A stretch of 64,000 nucleotides of DNA, taken from Trueperaceae bacterium. Lineage in GTDB: Bacteria > Deinococcota > Deinococci > Deinococcales > Trueperaceae. Each line of letters begins with the position of its first letter. The stretch's first letter is position 1. The notes beneath the pieces were generated by a model. It saw only the letters and a list, made by a program, of their open reading frames with translations. It was not told the origin of the DNA and did no database searches. Location of the stretch: NCBI GenBank assembly GCA_965215565.1, contig CBDCDZ010000004.1, forward strand, positions 608,001 to 672,000. The letters run 5' to 3'. Positions 48,473 through 58,905 of the stretch are shown here, in pieces. Made by a program: the position numbers and the translations under genes.

Positions 48473-49504
48473 TTACCGCCGCGAGGCGTACCAGAGCGCG
48501 GCAGCGAATCCTGTACCAGCGAGCAAAGTCCCGGCGAGCCCTGGACGCAACGAGGCGGCGGTGTAGGGGCTCGAGCCGATGACTACCCCCTCGTAGCCGC
48601 CGCGCGCCTCCAGCTTGCCTGCTGGCTTATCCAAGCCGTTCTGTTCCAGGGGGAGGGGCGGCTGGTCTTTGCGCTCCTGCTTTACAAACACCGTCTCCAT
48701 CACCTTGTCTAAAAAGCTCGGCGCGTAGTAGCCAAGCATGGCCAAGCTTTTGCCACCCGAGCCGACGAACGCGCCCCGCTTAGGGTGCTCAGCGCAGTAC
48801 AAGATGGTGCGGGCGACGGTCTCCGGCGCGTAGACGGGTGGCGGCAGCGTCGCCGCCTCTTCCATATGGTTCTTCGCGTGGCGAGCGTAGGGCGTGTCGA
48901 TAGCGCTCGGCTTGATGAGCGTGACGGACACGGGCGCACCCTCGTTTTCCAGCTCCATGCGCAGCGACTCGGTGAAGCCTTTCACCGCGTGTTTTGACGC
49001 ACTGTAGATACCTTGTAGTGCGATGGCCCGCTCCGAGAGAACGCTGCCAAGGTTGATCAGCGCGCCTCCGTATTCTCCGCCGTGCTGTTTTCTACTGCGC
49101 TGTTTAAGATGCTTCACTGCCTCTAACGAACCATAAACGAGCCCCCAGACGTTCGTCTCGAAGAGCTTGCGCATCTCCTCTACGGGTATGTCCTCGAGCT
49201 TGCCGTAGATGGAAACGCCCGCGTTATTCACCCAGGTGTCGAAGCCGCCAAAGGTCTCCTGGGCAGTCCGCGCGACCTCACGCACATCTTCTGGCTTGCT
49301 CACGTCACAGACGACGTAAACAGCCTGAGCACCGCCTCTATTCAGCTCTTCGGTCAGTTCCCGGAGCGCGTTCTCGCTCCGCGCCGCCAGCACCAGCCGA
49401 GCACCCCGCGCCGCTGCGAGCCGCGCCGTTACTAACCCGGTGCCCGAGGACGCGCCCGTAATAACCACCACTTGGTCTTCTAGCTTCTTTAGTTTTACGC
49501 TCAC
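48473..49504 (-). CDS. Short-chain dehydrogenase/reductase
   Basis: TGASSGTG, VNNAG and YSASK motifs. Confidence 0.92.
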   Translation of the reverse strand: MSVKLKKLEDQVVVITGASSGTGLVTARLAAARGARLVLAARSENALRELTEELNRGGAQAVYVVCDVSKPEDVREVARTAQETFGGFDTWVNNAGVSIYGKLEDIPVEEMRKLFETNVWGLVYGSLEAVKHLKQRSRKQHGGEYGGALINLGSVLSERAIALQGIYSASKHAVKGFTESLRMELENEGAPVSVTLIKPSAIDTPYARHAKNHMEEAATLPPPVYAPETVARTILYCAEHPKRGAFVGSGGKSLAMLGYYAPSFLDKVMETVFVKQERKDQPPLPLEQNGLDKPAGKLEARGGYEGVVIGSSPYTAASLRPGLAGTLLAGTGFAAALWYASRR

Positions 49505-49727
49505 TGCTTACCCCCTCCACAAATGGACCCTGTACCCTCCGCTTTAGAAACATATAGCAGCACCAATGACGTGAGTAGCGGACGGATTAAATGAGCTAGT
49601 AGCTATCTGTACCCCTCAATAGGTTATTTTAGCCCTCCTTTAGGAAGGCTAAACTTTGGAACGCAAAACTTGACTACGCTGTTTTTGCTTCCCCAGGTTT
49701 TTCTAACTGGCTGACGTGGACACAAAA

Positions 49728-50108
49728 CTAAGGGTTAACTTGCTGACGGTAGCCTGTTCTATACGAGGGCACGCGGCGGGTGGCGATGGCGGCTACAACC
49801 TCAAGCAGCCCTAACGTGAGGTGGGGCCAGATGATGAGGTCGTCGAAGCCGAAGAGCCAGGGCGACACCGCTAAGAGCGAGCCGCTCAGCACGTCGAGCC
49901 AGAGGTGGGCGCTCATGCTGAAGACTTTAGCTACCCCTAACTCGTAGTTGGTCAGCAAGCTGTAGAGTAGCGCCCCGGCTCCCAGGACCACCGGTACCCA
50001 AGTCTCCGCGCCGCCCGCTGCGAAGCCGAACAGCCACGGCGCGGCGATAAGCAATGCGCCCATCAAATAATCTAAAACGCCGTGAATACGTGTTGGAATA
50101 AATCTCAT
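49728..50108 (-). CDS. SPW-repeat membrane protein
   Basis: HGVLDY, APWLFGF and SPWLFGF. Confidence 0.85.
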   Translation of the reverse strand: MRFIPTRIHGVLDYLMGALLIAAPWLFGFAAGGAETWVPVVLGAGALLYSLLTNYELGVAKVFSMSAHLWLDVLSGSLLAVSPWLFGFDDLIIWPHLTLGLLEVVAAIATRRVPSYRTGYRQQVNP

Positions 50109-50191
50109 GGACCCCCCTAGGGCTATGCGGACATGCTCCGCTCGAAGGCTGCTCCGTTCCTAATTGCTTTTTATGACAAACTAATGGCGAC

Positions 50192-51004
50192 TCACTGACC
50201 GGCGTTCTGCTGACCTGCCGACTCGAGCACCCCAGCGAAGTCCTCCAAGGCGTCTTGCAAAGCTGGATCGACCTCTTCGGCTACCCCACGTGTGCTTTCT
50301 GCGAGCGAGCTGAAAATCTCGCCTAGCTGCGCCTGGTCGGGCTGCTCGGCTTGCAGCGCGTTCTGTAACTCCTCCAGGTCTTCTACAAGCTGCTCCGCCG
50401 CGTCGCCCTCTATATTCGTCAGGATGCGCCCCTGCCACGCCTCGATGTTGAGCAGCGCTGCCGCGAGCGAGGCGCTGGCGAGGTCGCCCTGCAAAAACTG
50501 GGCCGTCCGGCCGAGCACAGGCGGCACCACCGGGATGACGTTGGAGAGGTCAGCTTGTGGCTGCTGCTGGACCGTCTGCCCGACCTCTTGCAGGACGTAA
50601 CTGAGCGTCGAGAGGCGTCTGGCGAGGTCCTCGTCGTCTACATTTGAGGCGATTTCATCCGTCTGCTCGCCCAGGCCGACGAGCTGTTCAGCAATAGCAG
50701 CGCGGTCAAGCGAAGAGGCTTGCAGCGCTTCGGCGAGGCTTCCCAAGTCTCCCGACAGGCTCATTAGTTGCTCGTCGCCCGTCGCCTCTAAGCGCGCCTG
50801 CCAGCCCTGGATGTTCTGTACAGCAGCCTGCACCGAGGCCTGCCCCAGACCCATCGTGAAGAGCCCAAAGGTCTCCGATACGGTAGAAACGTTGTAGACC
50901 TCTTGCGAGCCGCCCGTCTGCGCCCCGCCCGTCTGCAACCCACCCGTCTCCTGCGCAAAAGCGACAGGCAGCAGACCTATAAGCAAAACCTTTGTTACAT
51001 TCAT
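50192..51004 (-). CDS. Secreted acidic helical protein with an internal duplication
   Basis: Signal peptide ending AFA-Q; two repeats of AS..AA..NI..WQ.R...L..L..ALQA. Confidence 0.7.
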   Translation of the reverse strand: MNVTKVLLIGLLPVAFAQETGGLQTGGAQTGGSQEVYNVSTVSETFGLFTMGLGQASVQAAVQNIQGWQARLEATGDEQLMSLSGDLGSLAEALQASSLDRAAIAEQLVGLGEQTDEIASNVDDEDLARRLSTLSYVLQEVGQTVQQQPQADLSNVIPVVPPVLGRTAQFLQGDLASASLAAALLNIEAWQGRILTNIEGDAAEQLVEDLEELQNALQAEQPDQAQLGEIFSSLAESTRGVAEEVDPALQDALEDFAGVLESAGQQNAGQ

Positions 51005-51184
51005 CCTTACCCCCCCTGGTGTAATGCCGTTAAGCGGTAACGTGCATGACCTTCTCCGTGCTCCGCTGTGCGACACCTCGAGGGTAAAGCAGGGGGGCGG
51101 ATGCGAAAGTACGCCCGCCCCCCTTCGCTGCTGAGCAGGTCACGGGTTTTCATCATGGGTGTAAGCGAGTATGGACCTCCTCTC

Positions 51185-52978
51185 TCAACCCGTTGGTAGT
51201 TGATTAGTCTTTTTCATAAACGTTGTTGCTCGTTTGGCGTTCAGGGGCTCCGAAAACAGATACCCCTGTCCGAACGCGCAGCCGAGCGCTTTAAGCTGAG
51301 CCAACTCCTCCTCGCTCTCGATTCCCTCGGCTACTACCCTCATGCCCAGCGTCCGCGCCATCATGAGGATGGTCCGCACCAGTTCGCCTCCCTGAGCACT
51401 GCGGGTCAGTTGCTGGGTGAAGGAGCGGTCGATCTTGAGCCTATCCGCCGGGAAGCGTTGCAGATAGGCGAGTGACGAATAGCCCTTACCGAAGTCGTCG
51501 AGGTGGAGCCCCACGCCGAGCGCCTTGAGTTGTGTGACGGTGGTATCGACGGGCTCTTGGTGGTTCATCAGCAGGTTCTCGGTGATCTCCAGGTTGAGGC
51601 GCGCCGGGTCCAGCTCGAGCTGCTCCAAGGTGCGTCCTACGTAGGCCACGAGGTCGGGGCGCGTGAACTGACGGCTCGACAGGTTGACGCTGAGGGATAG
51701 GCGCTCAGGTGCGCCCCAGTTTCGCCACCAACTGAGCTGCTGGCACGCTTCTCGCAGAACGTAGCGGTCAATGCGCACGATGAGCGCGGTTTCTTCCGCT
51801 GTAGCGAGAAAGTCGGCGGGTAGGAGCAGTCCCCGCTCGGGGTGTCGCCAGCGGAGCAGCGCCTCGAAACCGTGCAGAGAACCGTCAGTTAGGGACAAAA
51901 TCGGCTGGTAATGCACCTCCAGCTCCTGCCGCTCTAGCGCCTCGCGCAGCTCGGTCTCGAGCGCCAAGCGCCGGACAGCCCCCTCGCGCATGGCCTGGTC
52001 GAAAACCTGGTGCTGCCCGGCGTGGTGCACCTTAGCCCTGTACATGGCGATGTCGGCGTCGCGCAGGACCTCTTCCGGACGCTCGTAGCCGACTTCGGAA
52101 TGCACCACGCCGATGCTGGCGGTGACGAAGAGCCGGTGGTCTTCGTAGCTGAAAGGCTGCAGAAAAGTCGCCTGGAGCCGCTCGACCACCTCGTTCGCGC
52201 GTTCCGGGTCGCAGTCCTCCAACAAGATGGTGAACTCGTCGCCGCCCAAACGGGCGATGATGTCCATCTCCCTCAGGCAGCTCGCCAGACGCCGACTAAC
52301 GTCTATGAGCAGTGTATCGCCAACCTCGTGACCGAGGCTGTCGTTGATGACCTTGAAATGGTCGAAATCCAGGAACAGAACGGCGAAGCTTCTCTCAAAA
52401 TGCCGCCTGGTACGCTCAATGGCTTTACCTAGGTGATCCATGAAGAGCGTTCGGTTGGGCAGGCCGGTCAGGGCGTCGTGGAAGGCGTCGTGGCGGAGCT
52501 GCCGGTTGAGCGCCTCCAGCTCCGCCGTGCGCTCTTTAACGCGCTGCTCGAGCCGCTCGTTGGCCTCTCGCAAGGCCCGCTCAGCCCGCTTGCGGTCGCT
52601 GATGTCGTCCACCACGTAGGAGAAGCGCGCCCCGCCCGAGTTCTGCCCGATAGTGTTGACGGTGACCGCGAGCCAGCCCAAGCCCTCGTGCTCGTAATCG
52701 AAGCGCGTGGGCTCACCCGAAGTTAGGCTAGCCCGGTAAGCCCCTAACCACATGGCGACGTAGCGCTCCGGCACCCCCAGCTCCCGCGCCGTCTTGCCCC
52801 GCATGGCGTCCGGGGTAGTATCAAAGAAGGTCGCCGTGGCTTGATTGTCTGAGACGTGGAGGATGTCGTCGTCTGTGATCTCGACGGTGCCCATCATGAC
52901 CGTGGCACTCTCGAAAAAGCTGCGCAGGGTGTCGTCCTTGTCACGCAGCTGCGCGAGGGCGTGTTCGCGGTCGCTCAT
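51185..52978 (-). CDS. PAS-GGDEF-EAL diguanylate cyclase/phosphodiesterase
   Basis: HDALTGLPNR, GGDEF, EALLRW, DDFGKGYSSL and KIDRSF. Confidence 0.95.
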   Translation of the reverse strand: MSDREHALAQLRDKDDTLRSFFESATVMMGTVEITDDDILHVSDNQATATFFDTTPDAMRGKTARELGVPERYVAMWLGAYRASLTSGEPTRFDYEHEGLGWLAVTVNTIGQNSGGARFSYVVDDISDRKRAERALREANERLEQRVKERTAELEALNRQLRHDAFHDALTGLPNRTLFMDHLGKAIERTRRHFERSFAVLFLDFDHFKVINDSLGHEVGDTLLIDVSRRLASCLREMDIIARLGGDEFTILLEDCDPERANEVVERLQATFLQPFSYEDHRLFVTASIGVVHSEVGYERPEEVLRDADIAMYRAKVHHAGQHQVFDQAMREGAVRRLALETELREALERQELEVHYQPILSLTDGSLHGFEALLRWRHPERGLLLPADFLATAEETALIVRIDRYVLREACQQLSWWRNWGAPERLSLSVNLSSRQFTRPDLVAYVGRTLEQLELDPARLNLEITENLLMNHQEPVDTTVTQLKALGVGLHLDDFGKGYSSLAYLQRFPADRLKIDRSFTQQLTRSAQGGELVRTILMMARTLGMRVVAEGIESEEELAQLKALGCAFGQGYLFSEPLNAKRATTFMKKTNQLPTG

Positions 52979-53146
52979 GTAGCTGAGGCGTTGGGTAGAC
53001 AGGCGGAGAATCGTCCGGCGTATGACCCGCCCACGCCTCTACCTACATATTCACAGCGCGGCATTAAGTTGGCCCCTCGTCTACGCTCCATAAGGCTGTG
53101 TCCCCTTTGGAGGCAGTGTAGCAGAAAGGGACAGTCGTAGGCGTAT

Positions 53147-53184
53147 GGAGGGGCTTCACGGTAGCGCTACCGTGAAGCCCCTCC
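53147..53184. terminator. Perfect 38-bp palindrome, probable terminator of the SDR gene
   Basis: GGAGGGGCTTCACGGTAGC-GCTACCGTGAAGCCCCTCC. Confidence 0.6.
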
Positions 53185-53210
53185 TTTCCTGAAGTTGAAG
53201 ACGCAGCAGC

Positions 53211-54254
53211 TTAGCCAGGGAAGCCGGTCCCGCCCGTAGCCCCGAAAACCTGACCCGTCACGTAGCTCGTGGCGTCCCTTGAGGCGAGCATGACGTAGAT
53301 GGGGGCCAGCTCAACTGGCTGTCCGGGACGTCCCAGTGGCGTGCTGCTGCCGAATGAGGTGATGTTCTCGAGCTTCTGCCCAGTGGTCACCTGGAGCGGC
53401 GTCCAAAAGGGGCCGGGCGCGACAGCGTTCACGCGGACGCCCTGCCCGGCGAGCTGTTTAGCTAGCGACTGAACGAAGTTCGCAAGCGCCGCTTTGGTCT
53501 GTGCGTAATCGAAGAGAATCTCGGGGGGGTCAAAGGCCACAACCGAAGAGGTGTTGATGATCGAGGACCCTTGCGAGAGGTGCGCGAGCGCGGCCTTGGT
53601 GATCCAAAAGGGCGCATAAACGTTGGTCTTGAGGGTCCGGTCGAACTGCTCGGTGGTGATATCGAGGATCGAGGGTTGCCACCGCTGAAACGAGGCGTTA
53701 TTCACCAACACGTCGAGCCCGCCCAGTTCGCGCACGGCAGTATTAACGAGTTCTTGACAGAAGGCCTCGTCGCGAATGTCACCGGGTATGGGGACAGCCT
53801 TTCGGCCCTCCGCCTCGATAAGCGCTACGACCTCTTGAGCGTCCGGTTCTTCAGCGCTCAGGTAGTTGATGGCGACGTCGGCCCCTTCGCGGGCGTAGGC
53901 AATAGCCGCGGCGCGGCCGACGCCCGAGTCCCCACCGGTAATGAGCGCCTTGCGCCCGACTAACCGCCCAGAGCCCTGATAGCTTGTCTCGCCGTGGTCG
54001 GGCACGGGCTCCATGCGGCTCGTAAGGCCCGGCCACTCCTGCTGCTGGGGCGGAAAGGGCGGCTCCGGGTACTGGGGATACGCGCCTTGCTGGGCGATCT
54101 GCCCCCCCGTAGCTTGCCCCCCAGTAGCACCTCCCGTAGCCTCTTGGCCGAACGCCGAGGTAGTGAGCGCCGTGACAAGACCAGCCCCAATGCCACCTAA
54201 AACCCGGCGGCGTGAGAGCTTGGTAGGCGTTAGCTTAGTATTTTCTGGTTTCAT
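53211..54254 (-). CDS. YghA-like SDR oxidoreductase with Tat-type N-terminus
   Basis: SRRRVLGG signal, WPGL...PDHGETSYQGSGRL, TGGDSGVG and YAQTK. Confidence 0.9.
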   Translation of the reverse strand: MKPENTKLTPTKLSRRRVLGGIGAGLVTALTTSAFGQEATGGATGGQATGGQIAQQGAYPQYPEPPFPPQQQEWPGLTSRMEPVPDHGETSYQGSGRLVGRKALITGGDSGVGRAAAIAYAREGADVAINYLSAEEPDAQEVVALIEAEGRKAVPIPGDIRDEAFCQELVNTAVRELGGLDVLVNNASFQRWQPSILDITTEQFDRTLKTNVYAPFWITKAALAHLSQGSSIINTSSVVAFDPPEILFDYAQTKAALANFVQSLAKQLAGQGVRVNAVAPGPFWTPLQVTTGQKLENITSFGSSTPLGRPGQPVELAPIYVMLASRDATSYVTGQVFGATGGTGFPG

Positions 54255-54333
54255 CGCTTTTCCCCCGAATTGGTTTTTGTACATGCGGAATGTAACCGCG
54301 CAAGATTCCTGTCAGAGCTTCTACCGCTCTATA

Positions 54334-54443
54334 TAGCAAGTATCATTTGGTTTGAGCCGGTCCCACACTAGAGAACTTGGGCGAACACGTACATTCTTAA
54401 ATGATGCTTGCGCTCTTCCAATTCAGTACTTCTGTGAACTGCT
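54334..54443. repeat. Repeat family B, short form
   Basis: TAGCAAGTATCATTTGGTTTGAGCC...AGTACTTCTGTGAACTGCT. Confidence 0.75.
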
Positions 54444-54727
54444 TTATTATGAATGGGCCCCGTAAAAGCAGTTGTGCTCTCTCAAGTACCAGTGACCACA
54501 CAGCCCATAGCGCCGCTCGCGACCACGCTGATGGCCTTACGCGCCTAGCAGCTACAGGGGCGCTTTCAGATGCTGTTGCGCCGAGTTTCGTTAGGTCTTG
54601 GCGGTCTCAGGCCGCTGGCTTTTCGGACACGGAGCCCTCTGGCGCGTGAGAAAGCTTGAGCCTGCTCTGCGGCTCCTCCCGGAATTTATCAGGCACCTGT
54701 TTTGCCCGATGCTGCCGTGCGCAACCC

Positions 54728-54827
54728 GTTGACGAACGTGTGCGCCCTCAAAGGCGAACTTATGCGCGCTCGCTTCCCCGGTACCCGCACCCGTAACGAT
54801 AGTTGCTTTTCCTTCAAGTCGTCCCAT
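54728..54827 (-). pseudogene. 5' remnant of an SDR gene
   Basis: MGRLEGKATIVTGAGTGEASAHKFAFEGAHV; glycine motif partly deleted, similarity then lost. Confidence 0.65.
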
Positions 54828-55029
54828 GCTGCCCCCTAAAAGTGAACCTAATGTTACCGACCCGCGGGTCGGTCCTCCTAAAGTAGTTCAAGGAGGAGGT
54901 AAGGAACAGACCCGTATGCCACAATTCGGACTTTAGTGACGAACCTCTACTTCAAACCTTTCGCTTTCAGGCTCACTTTGCCATTCTTTCAGCCAGTTGA
55001 TACCTTCCTTCCGGATAAAGTCCTCACTG

Positions 55030-55388
55030 TAACAATTAAGATTAAGTACTGAGCTTGAACTACGCAAGTCTCAGCCGCAGCCATCCCGCTCTCAGGCGAA
55101 GCCGTCCCGCTAGGCTTCCCCTGAGAGCGGGATTTCATTTCCTAAAGTGCGTGCTAGAGCGTGTTTTCTCTTCTCGGATTGGCTCAAACCAAATGATATA
55201 GCAGTTCCACGACATACTGAGACAAAGTGCCGCTTTCTGCAAGCTGCCGCTAGGCAGACGAAGTTTTGCCTTTTGCATCCGCAAAAATTTCATAACCGGC
55301 AAGGGTATCATCTCGAAAAGTGCGTGCTAGAGCGTGCTGTTCAAAGTGAGAGTATCTCAAATTAGATGATACCTGCTAATACTTGTTA
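55030..55388. repeat. Repeat family B with a second B copy (55199-55378) nested in its end
   Basis: Outer end AAACCAAATGATACTTGTTA is split by TAGCAGTTCC...ACCTGCTA with an ATA duplication. Confidence 0.8.
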
Positions 55389-55729
55389 TATTTCGTACCG
55401 CTTGCCTCAAAGCCGACGAAGGGCGTTTATTGTCCTTGACAAGCTCATCTCCGCCCGTCGCTTTCAAGAAGTCATGAATAGCTTGGGCCGAGAACCCTTT
55501 TCCTGTGCTGTAGAGCTTACCTCATTCAGTTAGAGCGATATAGACGTAACCCGCTATGTATTCTGCACCTTTGTAGGAAACATCAGCGCGTAAGCCCTGA
55601 TCATAAACCGTCTCGAAGACTATTCATATACAGTCGTTTGTGATATTATGCAGGCGTGTACTACTTGAGCCAAAGCAATTCTAAGAGTTCTCTACCTCTT
55701 CTCAGCATTCTCTGTTTTTAACACTGATC

Positions 55730-56203
55730 ATGTTCTACACCACAGACCTCAGCGACGACAACAGCAACCTCCAACATTGCGCCCCCATCTTCCGCAACTT
55801 CGGCGGGAAGGTAAAGTTTCACGGTCCGATTCACACGGTAAGCTTGTTCGAGGATAACGTCTTGTACGAGGAGGCGCTCACTTCTGTTGCCGAAGGAACC
55901 GTCATCGTTGTGGACGGGGGCGGCTCGCTGAACTGTGCGCTTATGGGGGACCGTCTGGGCGGGATTGCGGTCTTGCGTAATCTCCCCGGCGTCATCATCA
56001 ACGGCTGCGTGAGGGATACGGCGGAGCTTGCCGAGTTGGACGTGGGCATCCTTGCGCTCGCGCCGCACCCGAAAAAGAGCAGTAAAAAGGGCGAAGGGAT
56101 GCGCAATCCGATTGTCAATTTCGGCGGGGTATTGTGGCAGCCTGGGTTCTTCGTCTATGCGGATGAAGACGGCGTGATTTTGAGTGAGAAGGCGTTGGTA
56201 TAA
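55730..56203 (+). CDS. rraA: RraA family protein (HMG aldolase / RNase E regulator)
   Basis: TTDLSD, FEDN, VVDGGGS..ALMGD, GCVRD and YADEDG. Confidence 0.92.
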   Translation: MFYTTDLSDDNSNLQHCAPIFRNFGGKVKFHGPIHTVSLFEDNVLYEEALTSVAEGTVIVVDGGGSLNCALMGDRLGGIAVLRNLPGVIINGCVRDTAELAELDVGILALAPHPKKSSKKGEGMRNPIVNFGGVLWQPGFFVYADEDGVILSEKALV

Positions 56204-56377
56204 GGTTGGCTAAAATTTGGAGAGGTCTCGAGTAAGACAGGGATAAAGCAGCAGTCAGTAGCTTCCCACGTACTGACTGCTGAATTCTGACGACTGATAA
56301 CTGCCATTCAACAAACTCCAAGCACTACTTTTTAATTTTGTCAGCCGCCCTACACCCCTTAAACTTGCAAGGTGTAG

Positions 56378-56414
56378 TATTTGCGTTGTGCAAGTATTGC
56401 GCCTAGCAGCAATA
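56378..56414. promoter_or_regulatory. Candidate MarR operator (two adjacent palindromes)
   Basis: TATTTGC-N5-GCAAGTA and TATTGC-N8-GCAATA just upstream of marR. Confidence 0.45.
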
Positions 56415-56434
56415 TGAGAGGTGATGGAGCGGAA

Positions 56435-56872
56435 ATGACCCTTACCAACAGCCGGCGGTTTATCCACAGCTTTTGGCAACTGCGCCAGCAGATTATCAGT
56501 CAGGTCAACCCACGTGTGCGTGAGGCGCACGGCGTGGACTTCTTGGAGGTGATGCTCTTGGAGCAAATCGGCAGTACGGACATGAGCCCGTCAGAAATTG
56601 CCGAGGCAATGCAGATTCCCGCTCACAATATCTCACGCAAGATAGGCGCTCTGGAGAAGGGCGGGCTGATTCGGCGCAGCCTCGACCCGAACGACGCGCG
56701 GCGGCGGGTGCTGAGTTTGACCGCTAAGGGTAAAGAGGTCTCGAGCCAAGCTCAAACAGCACTGGACGAAGAGGTCGGACGGATGCTCGCCACCCTCTCC
56801 CAAAAGGACGCCGCCATCATGATTCGTTCTTTAGAAGCGATTGCACAAAAACGTATACAGGAGACCGCATGA
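56435..56872 (+). CDS. MarR family transcriptional regulator
   Basis: SEIAE...LEKGGLIRR..DPNDARR..LT.KG. Confidence 0.92.
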   Translation: MTLTNSRRFIHSFWQLRQQIISQVNPRVREAHGVDFLEVMLLEQIGSTDMSPSEIAEAMQIPAHNISRKIGALEKGGLIRRSLDPNDARRRVLSLTAKGKEVSSQAQTALDEEVGRMLATLSQKDAAIMIRSLEAIAQKRIQETA

Positions 56873-58686
56873 ACTTGTCAGCGAGAGACAAAAATTTTAC
56901 CCTTATCGGTATTTTGTTAGCGCTCTTTTTGGGCGCATTAGACCAGACCATCGTCTCGACGGCGCTCCCTCGCATCGTCGAGGACTTGCAGGGCGTGAGC
57001 CGCTACGCTTGGGTGGCGACCTCTTATCTGCTCGCCTCAACCGTACTCGTACCGATTTACGGCAAGCTCTCGGACATGGTTTCGCGCAAACGAATCGAAC
57101 TCTGGGCCATCGGGATTTTCCTCACAGGCTCCTTCTTGTGTGGGTTAGCAGGCGAGTTCGGAACGCTGCCGCTCCTCGGCGACGGCATGAATCAGCTCAT
57201 CATTTTCCGAGCGATTCAGGGTTTGGGCGGCGCGGGGCTTTTAGGCATGGCCTTTATCATTATCGCCGACCTCTATCCGCCTTCGGTACGCGGCAAGTAT
57301 CAGGGCTTCGTCGGGGCGACCTTCGGGATTGCGAGCGTATTAGGGCCGCTCATCGGCGGCTTCTTGACGGACTACGGCGGCTCGATTATCCCCGGTATCG
57401 CTGGGTGGCGCTGGGTTTTTTATGTGAACGTGCCCTTCGGGGCGTTGGCGCTCTGGTTCATCATTACGAAGATGCCCAAGCTCGAGCCCGCTGGCGAAAA
57501 ACAACCTCTAAGCTACCTCTCCGCCTTTTTGCTCATCGCCGGACTCGTGCCTTTTATCCTGGCGCTCCAACTCGATAAGACGGCGTACCCCTGGGACGGC
57601 GTCGTTACCTTGTCGCTCTTTGCAGTTGCGGCAGTGTCGCTTACCCTGTTCGTATTCCGCTCCCTGCGCGAGAAAAATCCGATTTTAGACCTCTCGCTTT
57701 TCAAGAACAAGGTCTTCAGCACCGCGAACTTGGCGCTCTTCTTCTTCGGCGCAGGTTTCCTGAGCATCCTCATCTTCTTGCCGCTCTTTATGGTGAACGT
57801 CGTCGGTGTATCGGCGACGAGCGCCGGGGTGAGCCTCATTCCGCTCTCGCTCGGGCTGGTCTTCGGAGCCATCGTCTCGGGGCAACTCGTTTCGAAGTTT
57901 GGGCACTACCGCCGCTTGATGCTTCTTGGCGGGGCGGTATTGATCCTCGGGACGTACTTGCTCTCGAGCATGACCCCCGACATCCCCTACTGGCAGGTCA
58001 CCCTCTACATGATCGTGTGCGGCCTCGGCTTGGGTCCCTCGCTACCTCTTTACACTTTGGCGATTCAAAACGCGGTGGACGTGCGCAGGATTGGGCAGGC
58101 GACCTCGTCCAGCCAGTTCTTTCGGCAGATCGGCGGGACAGTCGGGGCGGCAATTATGGGCACAGTTTTAGCGACGACGTTGGCGGCGTCCTTTGCAGGG
58201 ATGCAACTGCCAGGAGGAGCACCGGGCGGCGGAGCAGGGTCAGCAGAACGGCTCGGCTCGACGGGCGGCGCGAATATTACCGAGACGGTTCAGACCTCGT
58301 TTGACCAGCAGTATCAGGCGATTACCCAAGCGGTGCAGCGGGGCGACAACGGAGCGTTAGAAGAGGTTTTGGCAAACAGCTCTCTTCCAGCGGAGGCTAG
58401 GGCGGGTATTCAGCAAGGCGCAAGCCAAGTGATGGGCAATCCGCAAGCAACGCAAAGCTTTTTAGCGCAACTTAGAACGACCTTTGATGAACAAGCTACG
58501 CAGGTGAGCGCCCAGGTTACGAGGGCGACGAAACAAGCCTTTACCACGGCGATTACCCGGATTTACTTTTACAGCATCTTCATCGTGGCGATCGCTTGGC
58601 TTGTGACGCTCTTCATCCCCGAGTTGACCTTGCGGCAGACGAACGCGGAGCCGGAGGTGGGACCAGAGGCAGTGGCGGCGGATTGA
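56869..58686 (+). CDS. DHA2 (14-TMS) MFS drug efflux transporter
   Basis: LDQTIV.TALP, GKLSD..SRK, RAIQGLG and WRWVFYVNVP; ATGA coupling to marR. Confidence 0.94.
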   Translation: MNLSARDKNFTLIGILLALFLGALDQTIVSTALPRIVEDLQGVSRYAWVATSYLLASTVLVPIYGKLSDMVSRKRIELWAIGIFLTGSFLCGLAGEFGTLPLLGDGMNQLIIFRAIQGLGGAGLLGMAFIIIADLYPPSVRGKYQGFVGATFGIASVLGPLIGGFLTDYGGSIIPGIAGWRWVFYVNVPFGALALWFIITKMPKLEPAGEKQPLSYLSAFLLIAGLVPFILALQLDKTAYPWDGVVTLSLFAVAAVSLTLFVFRSLREKNPILDLSLFKNKVFSTANLALFFFGAGFLSILIFLPLFMVNVVGVSATSAGVSLIPLSLGLVFGAIVSGQLVSKFGHYRRLMLLGGAVLILGTYLLSSMTPDIPYWQVTLYMIVCGLGLGPSLPLYTLAIQNAVDVRRIGQATSSSQFFRQIGGTVGAAIMGTVLATTLAASFAGMQLPGGAPGGGAGSAERLGSTGGANITETVQTSFDQQYQAITQAVQRGDNGALEEVLANSSLPAEARAGIQQGASQVMGNPQATQSFLAQLRTTFDEQATQVSAQVTRATKQAFTTAITRIYFYSIFIVAIAWLVTLFIPELTLRQTNAEPEVGPEAVAAD

Positions 58687-58708
58687 TTGGCTAGCAACTA
58701 AGCATTTT

Positions 58709-58735
58709 AGGGCGAGAGCACCTCTCGCCCTTTTT
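58709..58735 (+). terminator. Intrinsic terminator after the MFS gene
   Basis: AGGGCGAGAG-CAC-CTCTCGCCCT-TTTT. Confidence 0.8.
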
Positions 58736-58905
58736 ACCGTTAAGCTCGAGGTATTGGTACTTTCGGTAAGCTCGAGAATCTGCCTAAACGTCACGCGCGT
58801 CTCCTCGTCACCTCAGAGCAAGTCGTACTCTAACCGCCAGTTTTATCTACCTCCTCACCTCACTGCGTCTCCATTACCTCGCCCATCCTCCACATCCGCA
58901 ACTTT

